Shown: one piece after another, positions 61,879 to 64,000 of the stretch
Position numbering within the stretch: the stretch's first letter is position 1
Layout of the letters: every line of letters begins with the position of its first letter
Source of the DNA: Myxococcales bacterium
GTDB lineage: Bacteria; Myxococcota_A; Polyangia; Polyangiales; DASUME01
Direction of reading: 5' to 3'
NCBI GenBank assembly: GCA_047601445.1
Contig: JASGJH010000001.1
Coordinates: 1,280,001 to 1,344,000, forward strand
DNA length: 64,000 nucleotides
Notes under the pieces: generated by a model
Databases searched by the model: none
Seen by the model: the letters and a program-made list of their open reading frames with translations, nothing else
Told to the model about the DNA's origin: nothing
Made by a program: the position numbers and the translations under genes

Positions 61879-62643
61879 TCAGATGGCGATCCGACGCGCC
61901 TGGACAGCCGCTGCGGGAGCAGGCGTCAGCGTGATGCCGTAGCGGGCCAGGCTGCGCTCCGCGAACGCGTGGGCCATCGGCGTGTCCACGTCGATCCACA
62001 TCGCGTTGCCGACCGACACGGCCTTCATGGCACCGCGGGCCGCCAGGGCCTGAACTCCCTGGGAGAGCGAGCAACCGTTGGGGCCATCCGCCCGCTCCAG
62101 CTCCTCGATCAGTCCTTCGGTGATCTTGAAGACGCCCGTGTCCAGCGCGTGGTACTGGGGCAGCTCCTTCGAGATTTTCACGATCTTGTCGCCATCGAGA
62201 TACACCTTCGTGGCGTCAGGGATATCTACGCAGCGCTCGATATCGAAGTCGATTCCGAGAACCGCTTCGCCGGCCTTGAGCGCGTAGGCATCGATGGGCG
62301 TGATGAGCTCGGGCGCCCACAGATGGTCGCTCATCAACACGAAGGTCGGCCCCTGGACGAACTGCTTCGCCTTGAGCAGCGACGTGCCGTTGGGCTTGTC
62401 GAACTCGTCGTTCCGGACGAACCGGATGTCGAGATTGAACTTGTAGCGAGACAGGCCGCGCTCGAGCACGTCGCCCATGTAGCCGACGATGACGACGACC
62501 TCGTCGATGCCGGCGCGTTCCAGGTTGCGGATGGCCCGCACAATCAGAGGAAAGCCAGCCACGCGCTTAAGCGGCTTCGGAAAGCTGAGCCCGCTGACCA
62601 GCCGCTCGCCCTTGCCTGCCGCCAAGATGATCGCTCTTCTCAT
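61879..62643 (-). CDS. Nucleotidyltransferase, IPCT-like (inositol-1-phosphate cytidylyltransferase family)
   Basis: AIILAAGKGERL, PKPL, NGTSLL, MSDH, DATKV, ISKEL, DTGVF and WIDVDT motifs. Confidence 0.85.
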   Translation of the reverse strand: MRRAIILAAGKGERLVSGLSFPKPLKRVAGFPLIVRAIRNLERAGIDEVVVIVGYMGDVLERGLSRYKFNLDIRFVRNDEFDKPNGTSLLKAKQFVQGPTFVLMSDHLWAPELITPIDAYALKAGEAVLGIDFDIERCVDIPDATKVYLDGDKIVKISKELPQYHALDTGVFKITEGLIEELERADGPNGCSLSQGVQALAARGAMKAVSVGNAMWIDVDTPMAHAFAERSLARYGITLTPAPAAAVQARRIAI

Positions 62644-62669
62644 GACACTCCCCTGACCGTACATCTTCC

Positions 62670-62743
62670 CACACGGTGGTCAGTTCGTCACACACCTGTG
62701 AAATCCCGTCACGCACAGTGTTGCTGCGATGCATCACACTGTG
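62670..62743. promoter_or_regulatory. Four phased CRCACNGTG-like motifs
   Basis: CACACGGTG (62670), CACACCTGTG (62691), CGCACAGTG (62712), CACACTGTG (62735); spacing 21/21/23 bp. Confidence 0.55.
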
Positions 62744-62950
62744 GCTCTAGACCAATGCTTACCGGGTGTTAGACGCTCCGAACACGTTTTCGGATAGGCT
62801 TGTTGCAAGGCGTGCGCCACCGCGTTCGAGCGCCTGCAGGCCGCAAAAAACGGTGCTGTTTCCCACATCCTGAGAGCGCGCGCAATTCGTCTCCTGCGCC
62901 ACCAAGCGGGCTTGGAGGGGGGCTTAGCTCCGCGGCCGTGGGAGGCGGCG

Positions 62951-63901
62951 TTAGGCCAGGCCCTGAGAGCGCAGCGCCAGCAACGTGCGGGCAGTGGCTC
63001 GCCGCTGGGTGACCAGTGCCACCACGCTGATGACGCTCATCAGGCTCACACGCAGCAGCAGATACAGATCCAGGCGGTCGAGCATCCCGAAGATCGCGAA
63101 GAGATAGGAGTGAGGTGCCAGGGACACCGCCATCCAAAGCCGCATCGGCAGTCGGTTTTGCTCACGGTAGACGGCCGCACCGCTCGGCGTACGACGCGTG
63201 GAGTTCGCCAGGAGCTGAGCCGCGCCCGGGTTGGACCATGCGATGAGACGCTCCTGAAAGCGCAGGTAGTCCGCGTAGATCTTCATCGAAACACGGCGAT
63301 ACCACGGCCCTCGCTGCACCACCGAGCTGGCCCGCAACCGCGCAGCTTCGTCGGCGCTATCGCCCTCCCCGCCCCGGTCGAGCCGGGTCATCCGCAAATG
63401 CAGCTCCTTGTAGAAGTCATAGAGATTGAGCTGCAAGACGGTCATGAGGAGCGCGGGCAGCGCGAGCCCGAGGACCCAGCGCGGCGTGCCCGAGACCACC
63501 AAGTGATGCAAGCAGGCCGCGACCGTGGCCAGAGCCACCAGCATGTCTGCGCTGCCGTCGAGTGCGCGCCCAAAAGCCGAGTGCATGTTCTTGGCGCGGG
63601 CCAGGATGCCGTCGGCGCCATCCATGATGGAGGACGACCACAGCAGCGCGCCGCCCCAGATCATCGCGATGGGTGAGCCGTCGACCCAACAGGCCGCCGC
63701 CGCGAACCCGAGGGAAATCGCCAGCAGCGTGACCTGGTTAGGCGTGATGGGGGTGCGATGGATCAACCAGCAGAAGCTGTAGGCAAGTGGCCGGTGAACC
63801 CACAAGTTCACCGGGTCCTCCACGTCGCGGGATTTGAGGAGCTGAGCGAATGGAGGGAAGCCTGGAAGGTTTTCTCGGATGGCCAATGTCGTACGCGCCA
63901 T
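62951..63901 (-). CDS. CDP-alcohol phosphatidyltransferase family protein
   Basis: ITPNQVT and DGADGILARAKNMHSAFGRALDGSAD (DxxDGxxAR..GxxxDxxxD); multiple TM segments. Confidence 0.93.
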   Translation of the reverse strand: MARTTLAIRENLPGFPPFAQLLKSRDVEDPVNLWVHRPLAYSFCWLIHRTPITPNQVTLLAISLGFAAAACWVDGSPIAMIWGGALLWSSSIMDGADGILARAKNMHSAFGRALDGSADMLVALATVAACLHHLVVSGTPRWVLGLALPALLMTVLQLNLYDFYKELHLRMTRLDRGGEGDSADEAARLRASSVVQRGPWYRRVSMKIYADYLRFQERLIAWSNPGAAQLLANSTRRTPSGAAVYREQNRLPMRLWMAVSLAPHSYLFAIFGMLDRLDLYLLLRVSLMSVISVVALVTQRRATARTLLALRSQGLA

Positions 63902-63952
63902 GACGCTGCAAATCTGCGATGCAAGTCATGGGCCTAAGATTGGCGTGTTCCA

Positions 63953-64000
63953 TTACTTCTTTGATTCCGGGACAGCGGCGTTGTCCCCGAGCGAGTGATA
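63953..64000 (-). CDS. Possible 3' end of an upstream gene running off the right edge
   Basis: Open frame ...YHSLGDNAAVPESKK* ending 52 nt before the CDP-alcohol transferase start; too short to identify. Confidence 0.3.
   Translation of the reverse strand, partial: YHSLGDNAAVPESKK

Overview
High-GC, gene-dense chromosomal segment of a myxobacterium (Myxococcota, probably Polyangia-like). This is inferred from a FrzS homolog, two eukaryote-like Ser/Thr kinases, a TSP3-repeat outer-membrane protein and an M. xanthus-type LexA. Most of it is core genome: pepP, proC, yggS, maf, recD2, pgm, truD, exbB/exbD/tonB, psd, glnB, a UbiB-family kinase, lexA, tatA, rlmI, acnA, tRNA-Cys(GCA) and the rimP-nusA-ylxRQ-infB-ylxP-rbfA-truB operon. 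I found no CRISPR array, prophage, integrase or IS. The items most worth following up are: (i) a SigR/SigH-type ECF sigma, zinc-finger anti-sigma and frzS cassette with an exact GGAAT-N18-GTT autoregulatory promoter; (ii) a STAS/pseudo-nucleotidyltransferase/LbH/pseudo-phosphoglycosyltransferase fusion divergent from a Wza-like gene; (iii) a MinD-ATPase/HPD-less J-domain/RodZ-HTH fusion downstream of a sensor-domain Ser/Thr kinase; (iv) an IPCT-like cytidylyltransferase plus CDP-alcohol phosphotransferase pair with a phased CACNGTG array between them; (v) a TonB module next to a frameshifted TraB-like protein. Two single-base frameshifts (truD and the TSP3 gene) suggest indel errors in the assembly. 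All assignments come from motif recognition by eye; no database searches were run, so novelty is not established for any finding.
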